Notes: generated by a model from the letters alone, not told the origin. A DNA stretch of 64,000 nucleotides from Octopus vulgaris (GCA_951406725.2 OX597833.1:50716001-50780000); one strand, 5' to 3'. Counted from the stretch's first letter, positions 15,087 to 26,901 are shown. Translations and numbers: made by a program.

Positions 15087-15539
15087 GAAAGAGAATGAAA
15101 GAGAGACAAAGAGACAAGTTAGCAAAATAAGAGTACTGTAAACGGCAAGACAGCTATTTCGACCGGAAGTTTATTTCGAGGTGGAGCAAGGCAGTAAAAT
15201 AATATTGTGAGAACATTATTTTACAAGTATGTTTCAATACAGGATCGTGTAAATTCCGTCAGATGTTACTACTGACGTTTACTTGTATTGATATCAAAGT
15301 CCCTAATTAGAAACGCTACTTTTTGATGTCTGAAATAAGTATTTGTTTCTAATTAGGCTTGCATAAATATTTACAACTTTTTGTATGTGAGAGAACGTTG
15401 ATGTTGGCTTATATTGAAAGGCTCCAGTTAAAATGGAGACTTGTAAAATGAACGGTGAGGGAGAAGAAAAAAAATTTCCGTTGCTTATGTGAGTGTACGC
15501 GTGAATATGTATATATGTTTATATACGTATGTATATATG

Positions 15540-15565
15540 TGCGTGTATGTATGTATGTATGTATG

Positions 15566-15596
<31 letters not shown>

Positions 15597-15819
15597 GTAT
15601 GTATATATATATATGTGTGTTCGTGTGTGTGCGTGTATGTGTGTGTATGTGTATATATGTATATATATATATATATGTGTATGTGTGTGCTTGTATGTGT
15701 GTGTATGTATATATATGTATATATATATGTGTGTGTGTGTGCTTGTATGTGTGTATGTGTATATATGTATATATATATATGTGTGTGTGTGTGCTTGTAT
15801 GTGTGTATGTGTATATATG

Positions 15820-15852
<33 letters not shown>

Positions 15853-15935
15853 ATACATTCATGTACATACACATATATATATATGTATATAGATAGGTAC
15901 TATGTTGTATATATATACTAATATACTTATACATA
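15540..15935. repeat. (TATG)n/(TA)n/(TG)n compound repeat with ~50-bp higher-order units
   Basis: The unit gtgtgcttgtatgtgtgt..tatatatgtatatata recurs at ~15685, 15737 and 15789. Confidence 0.85.
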
Positions 15936-15940
15936 CATTA

Positions 15941-16403
15941 TGGCTGCCCCCTCGTTATCGAGTATGGCCATTGAACGAAGCTTAACTGTTACTGGTGCTG
16001 TGATCGAATGTGACTTTTTAGCCCAGCTAAAGATCTACAATGTCTTGTACAGAATTGGCAACTAAAACCTTTACCGCTAATAGCCGGCTGTAGTTGTAAC
16101 TGGGCTTCATGTACCTTTGCATTTCGTTTAAGTCCTCCTGCCGAATTACACTCTCTTCCACATGCCCGACAGATATGATTAGTATGGTGTGTAACACCAC
16201 CACCAGTGGCCAGGTTGTCACTCATCTGTCTCGCTTTATGACTACGAAGATGACTCTTGAGTCCAGCTTTACTGAGGCAGGGTCTTGCACAGACATTGCA
16301 TGTCAGCATTAAAGGAAGACTCTTCCCATCTGGAAGTGTAACAGCGATGCCCTTCCTGACATCCCTCCTTAATTTCTCATGTGCACCTCGAGGTTTCTCA
16401 AAG
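15941..16403 (-). mobile_element. 5'-truncated RTE-clade LINE 3' end encoding three C2H2-like zinc fingers
   Basis: Frame open from ~16402: FEKPRGAHEKLRRDVRK..LTCNVCARPCLSKAGLKSHLRSH..CRACGRECNSAGGLKRNAKVH..CQFCTRHCRSLAGLKSHIRSQHQ*. The FE..R..kR..RK motif plus CxxCxRxxxSxxGLxSHxRxH is typical of RTE/BovB C-termini; short 3' UTR runs into a microsatellite; no TGEKP linkers. Confidence 0.8.
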
Positions 16404-16522
16404 CGGGGTCGATTAAATAAGTACCAGTTACGTACTGGGGTCGATATAATCGACTTAATCCGTTTGTCTCTCCTTGTTTTGTCCCCTCTATGTTTAGTCC
16501 CTTGTGGGCAATAGAGAAATAA
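16404..16522 (+). mobile_element. SINE family A 3' half
   Basis: cggggtcgattaaataagtaccagttacgtactggggtcgatataatcgacttaatccg..cttgtgggcaata. Confidence 0.88.
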
Positions 16523-16644
16523 GATAGATAGTCAAACACATAAAATAAATATGAAAAGCTTGTAAATTAGTAAGTACAGATATATGCATATAAGTATGTA
16601 CATATATGTATATAAGCATGTAAATTAATGCATATGTACAAACA

Positions 16645-16685
<41 letters not shown>

Positions 16686-17220
16686 GCGCCATTACAAAAT
16701 GGCGACAGAGAGTTAGAGATGCTTGCATAAACAAGAAAACCAACAGACTGGATAGTCTAATTTCTGCCTATAGTGCTGAAAAATAACTGATGCATGCGTC
16801 CTTTCACACATACATGTACTTAAGTATCTTATCAAATTCAAATTACGGAGATGAAAAAGGCTTGAAATGGCCTTCATCTCTTCTAGCTTTCGGGTACTCG
16901 AGCTAACGTTATCGGTGTATATGTGTATATATACCAACCTATTTGTTTTCGCACTATACGTGATACATATGGATATATATACACGTATGCTTATTCGTAT
17001 TTCGTGTTGTCATTTAGTTTGTAGTGTCTATTACATCACACACTCGGTGATACGAAGGCTTAAGAATGCAAATCTATATCGAAATATTTGTAGTGTCTGT
17101 CTCCCTCCCTTTGCACTCTCGGTCACACATACCTCATTCTCCCTCTGTCTGTCTATCTGCAGTCTGTCCCTCTCTCTCTATTGATTTCTTCATAGATATG
17201 TGAGTGGTTGTATATGTGTA

Positions 17221-17279
<59 letters not shown>

Positions 17280-17407
17280 GGAGGCTCAGGTTTGCGATCT
17301 GAAGGATTGATTTTTCCCCGTTCAACGACCAAATTTGAACATTTAATTTTGGCATAATACGATTCCTGTGTCAACTGTTATTATGTAGTTATTAATTCTA
17401 ACTGTGT

Positions 17408-17805
17408 GGCGGTTAGTTGGCAGAAACGTTAGCACGCCGGGCAAAATGTTTAGCAGCATTTTGTCTGCCGTTATGTTCCCAGTTCAAATACCGCGGAGGT
17501 CGACTTTGCCTTTCACCCTTTCGGGCTCGATAAATTAAGTACCTATTACGCACTGGGGTCGATGTAATCGACTTAATCCATTTGTCTACTCTTGTTTGTC
17601 CCCTTTATGTTTAGCTCCTTGTGAGCAATAAGGAATTAAGAAACGTTAGCACGCTGGGTGAAATTCTTAGCAGCATGTCGTCTGTCTTTACGTTCTGAGT
17701 TCAAATTTCACCGAGGTCGACTTTGCCTTTCATCCATTCGGCGTTCGATAAATTAAGTACCACTTGAGTACTGGAGTCGGCCTAATTGACTGGTCTTCTC
17801 CCCAA
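17408..17805 (+). mobile_element. SINE family A dimer
   Basis: Head ggcggttagttggcagaaacgttagcacgccggg; second unit from ~17640 ending in the alternative tail gactggtcttctccccaaaa. Confidence 0.88.
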
Positions 17806-17879
17806 AACATATTTGTAGTTAAAAGAATTAGTTGTCTTTTGGCTGCTATTTCTAAATTTTCGGTATGTGATGAAACCCA

Positions 17880-17927
<48 letters not shown>

Positions 17928-17930
<3 letters not shown>

Positions 17931-18274
17931 CCAAGGACTCCAAATTTGCCATCAAGATGTAGGACAAGATACTGTGATAGCCTGGGCTTCCGAGGCCCAC
18001 AGCTCTTCAATATCCTCCCGAAGAACCTAAGAGACCTGCATGGGGTGGATGCAGATGTCTTTAAAATGAAACTGGATCTCTTCTTGTCAGGTGTCCCAGA
18101 TGAACCAACTTCACGGCAGTAGGTGCAGATGAGGGAAGCTGCATCGAACTCTCTCATGCACCAGATGGCAATTGCTAAAAAGCATTCGTGAAGTAAAATC
18201 ATGTAGCAACACCAAATGACGGTGCCCCAGCATGGCCTCAGCTGGTGAGCTGAAACTAAATAAATAAAAAAAAA
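17928..18274 (+). mobile_element. 5'-truncated CR1-group LINE (ORF2 C-terminus plus 3' UTR) within (TA)n
   Basis: VPRTPNLPSRCRTRYCDSLGFRGPQLFNILPKNLRDL..FKMKLDLFLSGVPDEP; homologous to 24616-25070; ends in (taaa)n. Confidence 0.85.
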
Positions 18275-18289
18275 ATATATATATATCCT

Positions 18290-18510
18290 GTAAATAATAA
18301 GCTTATGGCGATCACCGTGCAGTACCCATTTAGGTTCAACAAGTCTTCAGCAGTCTATCAAGTGCTTAGAACGCTCCTGATAATTCTTGCTGTTCCTAAG
18401 AGACAAACTTTCTGTAGGAGCGCCTTACCGGACATTCTATTTCAATCTCCTTCAGCCATTTGTCTCTACCTTTGCTCACAGTTCCCAACGCACCAATTAT
18501 TATAGTCACG
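18290..18510 (-). mobile_element. R4/Dong-type non-LTR retrotransposon 3' fragment
   Basis: Minus strand IIIGALGTVSKGRDKWLKEIEIEC/LLQKVCLLGTARIIRSVLST* (one frameshift), the same C-terminal motif as 35183-35605; adjacent to TAA repeats. Confidence 0.8.
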
Positions 18511-18724
18511 TTATCATCATCATTATTATTATTATTGCTGGTGCCACAGTATGGTCGTGTTTTTTCCAATAACTGAATCCAGCAAATTAATTTAAAAGCA
18601 TGTAGACGCCATTTTGTTTTTTGTTTAATTTTTGTACTTTTGTGTCGAAGTGTGCTTATGTATTGCAATAGATTTAAATAACATGCAAGCTGTGTTAACG
18701 TTTATTAGCTGTAGTTACTAGCTG

Positions 18725-18727
<3 letters not shown>

Positions 18728-18789
<62 letters not shown>

Positions 18790-18821
18790 GATCATCAACA
18801 TCATCATCATCATCATCATCA

Positions 18822-18873
<52 letters not shown>

Positions 18874-18892
18874 CATTATTATTATTATCATT

Positions 18893-18923
<31 letters not shown>

Positions 18924-18935
18924 GTAGTAGTAGTA

Positions 18936-18975
<40 letters not shown>

Positions 18976-19065
18976 CATCATTTTTATTATTATCATTATT
19001 ATTATTATTATTATCATTATTATTTTTATTATTATTATCATTATTATCATTATCATTATTATTAT

Positions 19066-19119
<54 letters not shown>

Positions 19120-19154
19120 TATTATTATTGTTATTATTATTATCATTATTATTA

Positions 19155-19203
<49 letters not shown>

Positions 19204-19210
19204 CATTATC
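18728..19210. repeat. (TTA)n/(ATC)n array with an internal (TAA)n strand switch at ~19065-19118
   Basis: Directly visible. Confidence 0.95.
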
Positions 19211-19212
19211 AA

Positions 19213-19430
19213 GGCAGCGAGCTGGCAGAAACGTTAGCACGCTGGACGAAATGTTTAGCCGTATTTCGCCCGTCGCTACGTTATGAGTTCAAATTCCGCC
19301 AAGGTGGTCTTAGCCTTTCATCCTTTCGGGGTCGATAAATTAAGTACCAATTACGTACTGGTATCGATCTAATCGACTGGCCCATCCCTCCCCACCAAAT
19401 TTCAGTCTGTATGCCTATAGTAGAAAGGAT
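19213..19430 (+). mobile_element. SINE family A monomer with tail type 2
   Basis: ggcagcgagctggcagaaacgttagcacg..gagttcaaattccgcc..cctttcatcctttcggggtcgataaattaagtacc..gcctatagtagaaagga. Confidence 0.92.
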
Positions 19431-19436
19431 TATTAT

Positions 19437-19437
<1 letters not shown>

Positions 19438-19499
<62 letters not shown>

Positions 19500-19573
19500 A
19501 AACAGTAGTAGTAGTAGTTGTAGTAGTAGCTGTAGTGGAGGTAGTAGTAGAAGCTGTAGTAGTAGTATTAGCT

Positions 19574-19604
<31 letters not shown>

Positions 19605-19674
19605 CAGTAGTAGTAGTAGTAGTAGTAGTAGTGTAGTAGTAGTAGTAGCTGTAGTAGTATTAGTAGTAGCAGCA

Positions 19675-19711
<37 letters not shown>

Positions 19712-19720
19712 CAGCAGCAT
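19438..19720. repeat. (AGT)n microsatellite
   Basis: Directly visible. Confidence 0.95.
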
Positions 19721-20507
19721 TTGTTTTAGTCTATAATCAGTCTGTTGCATTACGCCCTCTTAGACCCAAGTGCTAACAACAAAAACACTCAATAAATAGA
19801 GATCGATAAATGTACTGGACGTTTTGAAGCTGGTGCCACAGTATGGTCGTGTTTTTCCAATAACTGAATCCAGCAAATTAATTTAAAAGCATGTAGGCGT
19901 CATTTTTTTCTCTGTTTATTTTTTTGCACTTTTGTGTAGAAGTGTGCTTATGTATTGCAATATATTTAAATAACATGCAAGCTGTGTTATCGTTTATTAG
20001 CTGTAGTTTACTAGCTGTTTATCATTGTCAATTAAATCAAGGCACTATATGAGTTATGGATTTAATCATAGAGTGATGGATTATATGTGCGCTAGAATGA
20101 TGATTGCAATTACACACGATAATAATACTTAGGATTGATATAACAGCATTAATGAGAATGATTTATGCATTTTCTATCTATTTTTTCATTTCTGTGGGCA
20201 ATTCTTGTTTGTTTATGTGTGAAGGATGTTCATATTGACTCCATTGTTCTGTTGGTTACTTAAATGAGATCTGGTACGTAATACTTGCATGTTTTCCATA
20301 TTTTTTCTTTATTGGCAGTTGTTTTGTTGATGGAGACATGTTCTGCACAAATATCGCGAGCGGAGAGAAAACATGATTGGCGTCACTGGGGGAAGGCGAG
20401 GAAAGAACACCCAACGATGCACAATAGTTGTTGCTTCAAGCTGAGGTTAAAAAAGATTGCGTGTGCGTGCGTGCGTTTTGTGTGTGTATGTGTGTGTGTG
20501 TTTGTGT

Positions 20508-20800
20508 GAAGGAGCATGGCTTAGTGGTTAGGGAGTTGCATTCACGTTTGCGAGATCGTGGTTTGGATTCCTAGAGCAACTGCTGCATTGTTCTTCTAGA
20601 GCAAAACGCTTCACTTCACGTTGCTCTGCGATCATTTCGTCGTTTGACATGTGACACATCATCTACGTAATGTCGATTTGACGGAGAGACTGCGAGCTTC
20701 TGTGAACACAAGCATTTGGGCACTATAAACAAATCATCTGTGTGATCGTTAAGTATGAAATTGCAGAGGCGTCATACGTCGTATGTCGACGTGAGAGTCG
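20508..20800 (+). mobile_element. Old tRNA-headed SINE (family C-like); its head is duplicated at 21583-21680
   Basis: gaaggagcatggcttagtggttagg..cgtggtttggattcc (A-box and B-box like), then ttcttctagagcaaaacgcttcacttcacgttgctc. Confidence 0.6.
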
Positions 20801-20822
20801 ATGGTAGGAGTGGCTGCCTATA

Positions 20823-21145
20823 AGCACAGGAGTAACTGTGTGGTCAGTACCTTGCTTACCAACCACATGGTTCCGGGTTCAGTCCCGCTGCGTGGAACCT
20901 TAGGCAGATGTCTTCTACTATAGCCTAGGGCCTACCAAAGCCTTGTGACTGGATTTATTAGACGGAAACTGAAAGAAGCCCGTCGTATATATGTATGTAT
21001 GTGTGTGTGTTTGTCCCCCCAACATCACTTGACAACCGATGCTGGTGTGTTTACGTCCACGTAACGTAGCACTTCGGCAAGAAAGACCGATAGAATAAGT
21101 ACTAATGGCGCTGCTCCAGCATGGCCTCAGCCAAATGACTAAAGC
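20823..21145 (+). mobile_element. SINE family B (internal deletion)
   Basis: accaaccacatggttccgggttcagtccc..gacggaaactgaaagaagcccgtcg..gctccagcatggcc. Confidence 0.9.
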
Positions 21146-21932
21146 AAATATAAAATAATAAAAAAAATAATAGAAGAATATATATATGCATGTATACACA
21201 CACACACACACACACACACTTATATATAAGCTTTTATTTGTTTCTGTTATTAGATAGGCGTCAGGCGGGGGCATCGCCTTGAAGGATCTTCGTCGAACGA
21301 ATCGACCTCAGTACTTACAGAATAAAATATAATTTCCTTAGGCTTTCACTTGGCGTTTCTATTGTTCTGTTGGTTACTTAAATGAGATCTGGTACGTAAT
21401 ACTTGCATGTTTTCCATATTTTTTTATTGGCAGTTGTTTTGTTGATGAAAAGATGTTCTTCACAAATATCGCGAGCGGAGAGAAAACATGACTGGCGTCA
21501 CTGGGGGAAGGCGAGGAAAGAACACCCAACGATGCACAATAGTTGTTTCAAGCTCAGATTAAAAAAGATCGCGTGTGTGTGTGAAGGCGCATGGCTTAGT
21601 GGTTAGAGAGTTGCATTCACGTTTGCGAGATTGTGGTTTGGATTCCCAGAGCAACTGCTGCATTGTTCTTCTAGAGCAAATCTGTGCACCGTAAACGGGG
21701 AAAATCTGTGCACCGTAAACGACGGGCAAACTAGACATTTTCTTCAGGATATTTCTATCATAGACAAGCAGTACCAAGGCACTTGGAGCCCAAGTATGAT
21801 CAATGACTATTGTTGGACTCTTAAGAGGGATTTTGCCTGAGATGAGATACCTGAAAAAAAAAAACAAAGCAAACCAAGCTATCGTTTCAAATTCATGAAT
21901 ATCGCTTCGATGTATTTTTTTTAAATGTGCAA

Positions 21933-22134
21933 CTCTTTTACTTGTTTCAGTCATTTGACTGCGGCCATGCTGGAGCATCGCCTTTATTCGAGCAACTCGA
22001 CCCCGGGACTTATTCTTTTGTAAGCGCAGTACTTATTTTATCGGTCTGTTTTGCCGAACCGCTAAGTAACGGGGACATAAACACACCAGCATTGGCTGTC
22101 AAGCAATGCTAGGGGGACAAACACAGACACACAA

Positions 22135-22165
<31 letters not shown>

Positions 22166-22338
22166 CACATATATACGACAGGCTTCTTTCAGTTTCCGTC
22201 TACCAAATCCACTCACAAGGCTTTGGTCGGCCCGAGGCTATAGTAGAAGACACTTGCCCAAGGTGCCACGCAGTGGAACTTAACCCGAAACCATGTGGTT
22301 GATAAACAAGCTACTTACCACACAGCCACTCCTGCGCC
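21933..22338 (-). mobile_element. SINE family B, full length
   Basis: Near-identical to 3763-4161. Confidence 0.93.
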
Positions 22339-22550
22339 TATATAGAAACTCAAACAATTAAAAGTCATACCTCATAAACATCTGATATGATGAATAAATA
22401 TTTCGAACTGATTTAGATTTAGCACAAAAAGTGCTATAAGGACGAGATGTCTTCATTCTTGGAACACATACACCTCCACACCTACACACAAACACCCACA
22501 AGAAAAGAAAACGATCATCATAATTCAACTATTTGTTGGAAAATAATTCA

Positions 22551-22692
22551 TTGCTACCCAACCACATGGTTCCGGGTTCAGTCCCACTGCGTGGCATCTT
22601 GGGCAAGTGTCTTCTGCTATAGCCCCGGGCCGACCAATGCCTTGTGAGTGGATTTGGTAGACGGAAACTGAAAGAAGCCTGTCGTATATATG

Positions 22693-22725
<33 letters not shown>

Positions 22726-22942
22726 TTGTGTGTCTGTATTTGTTCCCGTAGCATTGCTTGACAACCGATGCTGGTGTGTTTACGTCCTCGTCACTTAGCG
22801 GTTCGGCAATAGAGACCGATAGAATAAGTACTGGGCTTACAAAGAATAAGTCCCGGGGTCGATTTGCTCGACTAAAGGCGGTGCTCCAGCATGGCCGCAG
22901 TCAAATGACTGAAACAAGTAAAAGAGTAAAAGAGTAAAGAGT
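22551..22942 (+). mobile_element. SINE family B (5' end clipped)
   Basis: accacatggttccgggttcagtcccactgc..aaaggcggtgctccagcatggccgcagtcaaatgactgaaacaagtaaaagag. Confidence 0.93.
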
Positions 22943-23535
22943 AAGTAGTTTTACTGAATAACGATCTTCCACCATTCTAACTTCCTTCAAGACACACTGA
23001 TTGGCTATAAAGAAATCAAATAATACAACAAAGACATCCGAGAAATCAATATTTGGGTTTGCAAGTATTTGCAGAAAATGACATCAATCTGTGTGGAACT
23101 TTTGCGAATATATTTCAATGTTCTCAAGTGTGAACACCTCAAAGACGTAAACAATTCCATGTAGTTTTAGCCAATTTTATGAATAGTTTCATTAAAAATA
23201 GAGAGAGCAGAATAGATAACACTACGGTTATTTAGCTCCCATATTTTTATTTCTTTTGATCCCTGTACCCAATCATTGATCACTTAACTTTCTTACTCAC
23301 TCTTCCCAATGTCACGCATCTTCAACCTTCATATGCATATATATATATATACGTAAATATAAGAGAGTTACCGTTAAGTGATTAACTCTAGTGCTAGAAA
23401 TAGCTCCTTATTCTGGTATAGCCATCGAAGTTGTTCCCACAAAGGAAATAACATTACCTCCAACGTATGGAAAGCGAAATACGACGAAAAGATAAATTAA
23501 TGCTGAACAATTGTTTCTTTATCAACATAATATGC

Positions 23536-23576
<41 letters not shown>

Positions 23577-23590
23577 TATATCAGTAGACA

Positions 23591-23650
<60 letters not shown>

Positions 23651-23698
23651 TAGACATGCATATATATATATATATACATATATATATATCAGTAGACA

Positions 23699-23759
<61 letters not shown>

Positions 23760-23825
23760 ATGCAAATAGTAATACAACAAAAAAATTAAAGAGACCTAGA
23801 TATTATGTAAATAGAGGAATTTATA

Positions 23826-24056
23826 TGTAAATGTAAAAATGTGACAATTATTCGGTAGCCATGATAAAACTCCGAGTTTCAGATGTCGGTGTGGAAATCC
23901 ACGCCGCCATCTCTTCAATTATCCGGCCATCGGAAAAAAGTTATATGAAAGTTATGGCCGGATAACTGAAGAGATGGCGGCGTGGATTTCCACCCCGACA
24001 TCCGAAACTCGGAGTTTTATCATGGCTACCGAATAATTGTCACATATTACATTTAC

Positions 24057-24057
<1 letters not shown>
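23826..24057. repeat. Long inverted repeat (arms 23826-23930 and 23954-24057, 23-bp spacer), probably Penelope-like element termini
   Basis: Arms are reverse complements with only a few mismatches (..gataaaactccgagtttc..atccggccat / atggccggat..gaaactcggagttttatc..); (TA)n nearby on both sides. Confidence 0.93.
23955..24028 (+). ncRNA. Type I hammerhead ribozyme motif (minimal stem III)
   Basis: Stem I GATAA(23961-65)/TTATC(24017-21), extendable with one bulge; CTGAAGA 23966-72; stem II GATG..GTGG ATTT CCAC..CATC plus one extra C; GAAA 24004-07; stem III ACTC-G-GAGT; predicted GUU cleavage after 24016. Confidence 0.72.
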
Positions 24058-24097
<40 letters not shown>

Positions 24098-24450
24098 TAG
24101 ATAGAGATAAATTATCCAGGGGAACAGCGCAATGGCTCTTAGTTATATTCCAGGTTACGGCTAACCAGATCAAGTAGTAAAGTAGTAATAAGCAAAAATG
24201 ATCAGTTAGTATGAGTAATTCCGCTGTAATTATTATGATGGGTAATTCTGGGTTCGTTTTCTTGGACTATACATACTTTCGGTAATGTAAATTCCAAATA
24301 ATTGCAAATAACACGGTGATTTGTGCATTTTCGAATTTTTATTTCCATTTAGCTGAAATAAGTTTAGATCAGTTTGGAATTTATGTTGTATAACTAATGC
24401 TTTAATTAAAAGAAAATTATGAATTATACCAGTCCTCGTATACATACATG

Positions 24451-24510
<60 letters not shown>

Positions 24511-24615
24511 ACCAGAGATAAGGAAACCATGATGGTCCTCTGGAGGAAGATTTTTTCCTTACTCTCCTGAATTTCTGCTCACAGCTATGGTCACCCACCA
24601 GTGTGAAATTAACAG

Positions 24616-25070
24616 CTAAGACTCTACTCCCTGGAGAGAAGGCGGGAGAGGTATGCAGTAATATACATTTGGAAGATCTTGGAAGGACTTATTCCAAATT
24701 TTGGCATTGAAAGCTACACCAATGCAAGAACGGGAGGACATTGTATAGTGCCGAAGATCCCAGCATCGCCATCGCACTTCACGACCAGTTACTGCAACAC
24801 CCTGAGTTTCAGGGGCCCACAGCTTTTTAATATTCTCCCAAAGAGCCCGAGGAACCCGCACAAAGTAGAAGTAGGCGTTTTTTAAATCAAAGATGGGCCT
24901 ATTGCTGTTGAGAATCACAGATGGACCTACATCACGGCAAGATGTGCAAATGAGGGTAGCTACATCAAACTCCATATTCCACACCAAGTGTCGCATATTT
25001 CGCTACACAGTAATAACACTGTAGCAAAACGGCGGTGCATCAGCTTGGCCGCAACTCTGAGCTGATACTA
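24616..25070 (+). mobile_element. 5'-truncated CR1-group LINE (ORF2 C-terminus, decayed)
   Basis: LRLYSLERRRERYAVIYIWKILEGLIPNFGI..SYCNTLSFRGPQLFNILPK; LxLxSLExRR motif; 3' UTR shared with 17928-18274. Confidence 0.87.
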
Positions 25071-25094
25071 ATATATTTCTTTTTTCTTTTTTTT

Positions 25095-25497
25095 TCTTTT
25101 ATTTGTTTCAATCATTTGACTGCGGCCATGCTGGAGCACCGCCTTTTAGTCGAGCAAATCGACCCCGGGACTTATTCTTTGTAAGCTCAGTACTTATTCT
25201 ATCGGTCTCTTTTTGCCGAACCGCTAGGTGACGGGGACGTCAACACACGAGCATCGGTTGTCAAGCAATGCTAGGGGGACAAACGCAGACACACAAACAC
25301 ACACACACATACATATATATATATACATATATACGACAGGCTTCTTTCAGTTTCCGTCTACCAAATCCACTCACAAGGCATTGGTCGGCCCGGAGCTATA
25401 GCAGAAGACACTTGCCCAAGATGCCACGCAGTGGGACTGAACCCGGAACCATGTGGTTGGTTAGCAAGCTACTTACCACACAGCCACTCCTGCGCCT
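25095..25497 (-). mobile_element. SINE family B, full length
   Basis: Near-identical to the other family B copies. Confidence 0.93.
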
Positions 25498-25713
25498 ATA
25501 TATATATATATATATACACATATATATATTATTACGTATTATTACGTAATCCTTAGCAACGATCTATTGGTAATAAACGTACACATCTAGCCATAAACAT
25601 TTTTCAGTGCTGTCCTCATAGAGTGATGGAATTCATTGTGACACAGATGAGCACGCAAAATGAGCTGATATGTATACACGCTGATTTGAAAAACGCACAC
25701 GCGCGCACGTGCA

Positions 25714-26265
<552 letters not shown>

Positions 26266-26644
26266 ACTTGCATATGTTTGTGTGTATATATATACATAAC
26301 AGAACAGAATAACATCAGAAAATTGGCTTTCTATTCTCCTAAAACCATTTCAACATTTTGTTTCCTTTATTTCAATTCTCCAAATAAGTTTACCGAAATC
26401 TCTGAAACCCGTTAACGAACTGAATGGAATTTCCCTCAAGCTATGACTGATTCCTTTGATCTACATGACTTGGAATCGTATATATTCAGAGGGGAACCCT
26501 CTATTTACACGAACGAGCTGCTGTGCAGTGTATAACTCCGACAATATCTGTCAGGCCTATTTTTATAGGCCTTAACTTCGCTTACATTTTTCTCTTCTTT
26601 CTAGCCTGTTGCCTTATATATACATACATACGTACATACATATA

Positions 26645-26715
<71 letters not shown>

Positions 26716-26810
26716 TTATCTGTGTGTATGTGTGTATGCAAATATGTGAAGTGCTATACTACATAGGTATATACTTACGTACATTACACACACATACAAA
26801 CACACATACG

Positions 26811-26859
<49 letters not shown>

Positions 26860-26901
26860 ATATACATACATATTTCGATACACACACAAACACGCACACA
26901 G

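Noticed and set aside
15989-16309. Host C2H2 zinc-finger transcription factor gene
   Set aside because: No TGEKP linkers, an upstream RTE-type FE..R..RK motif, abrupt 5' truncation and a short tail into a microsatellite all indicate a LINE.
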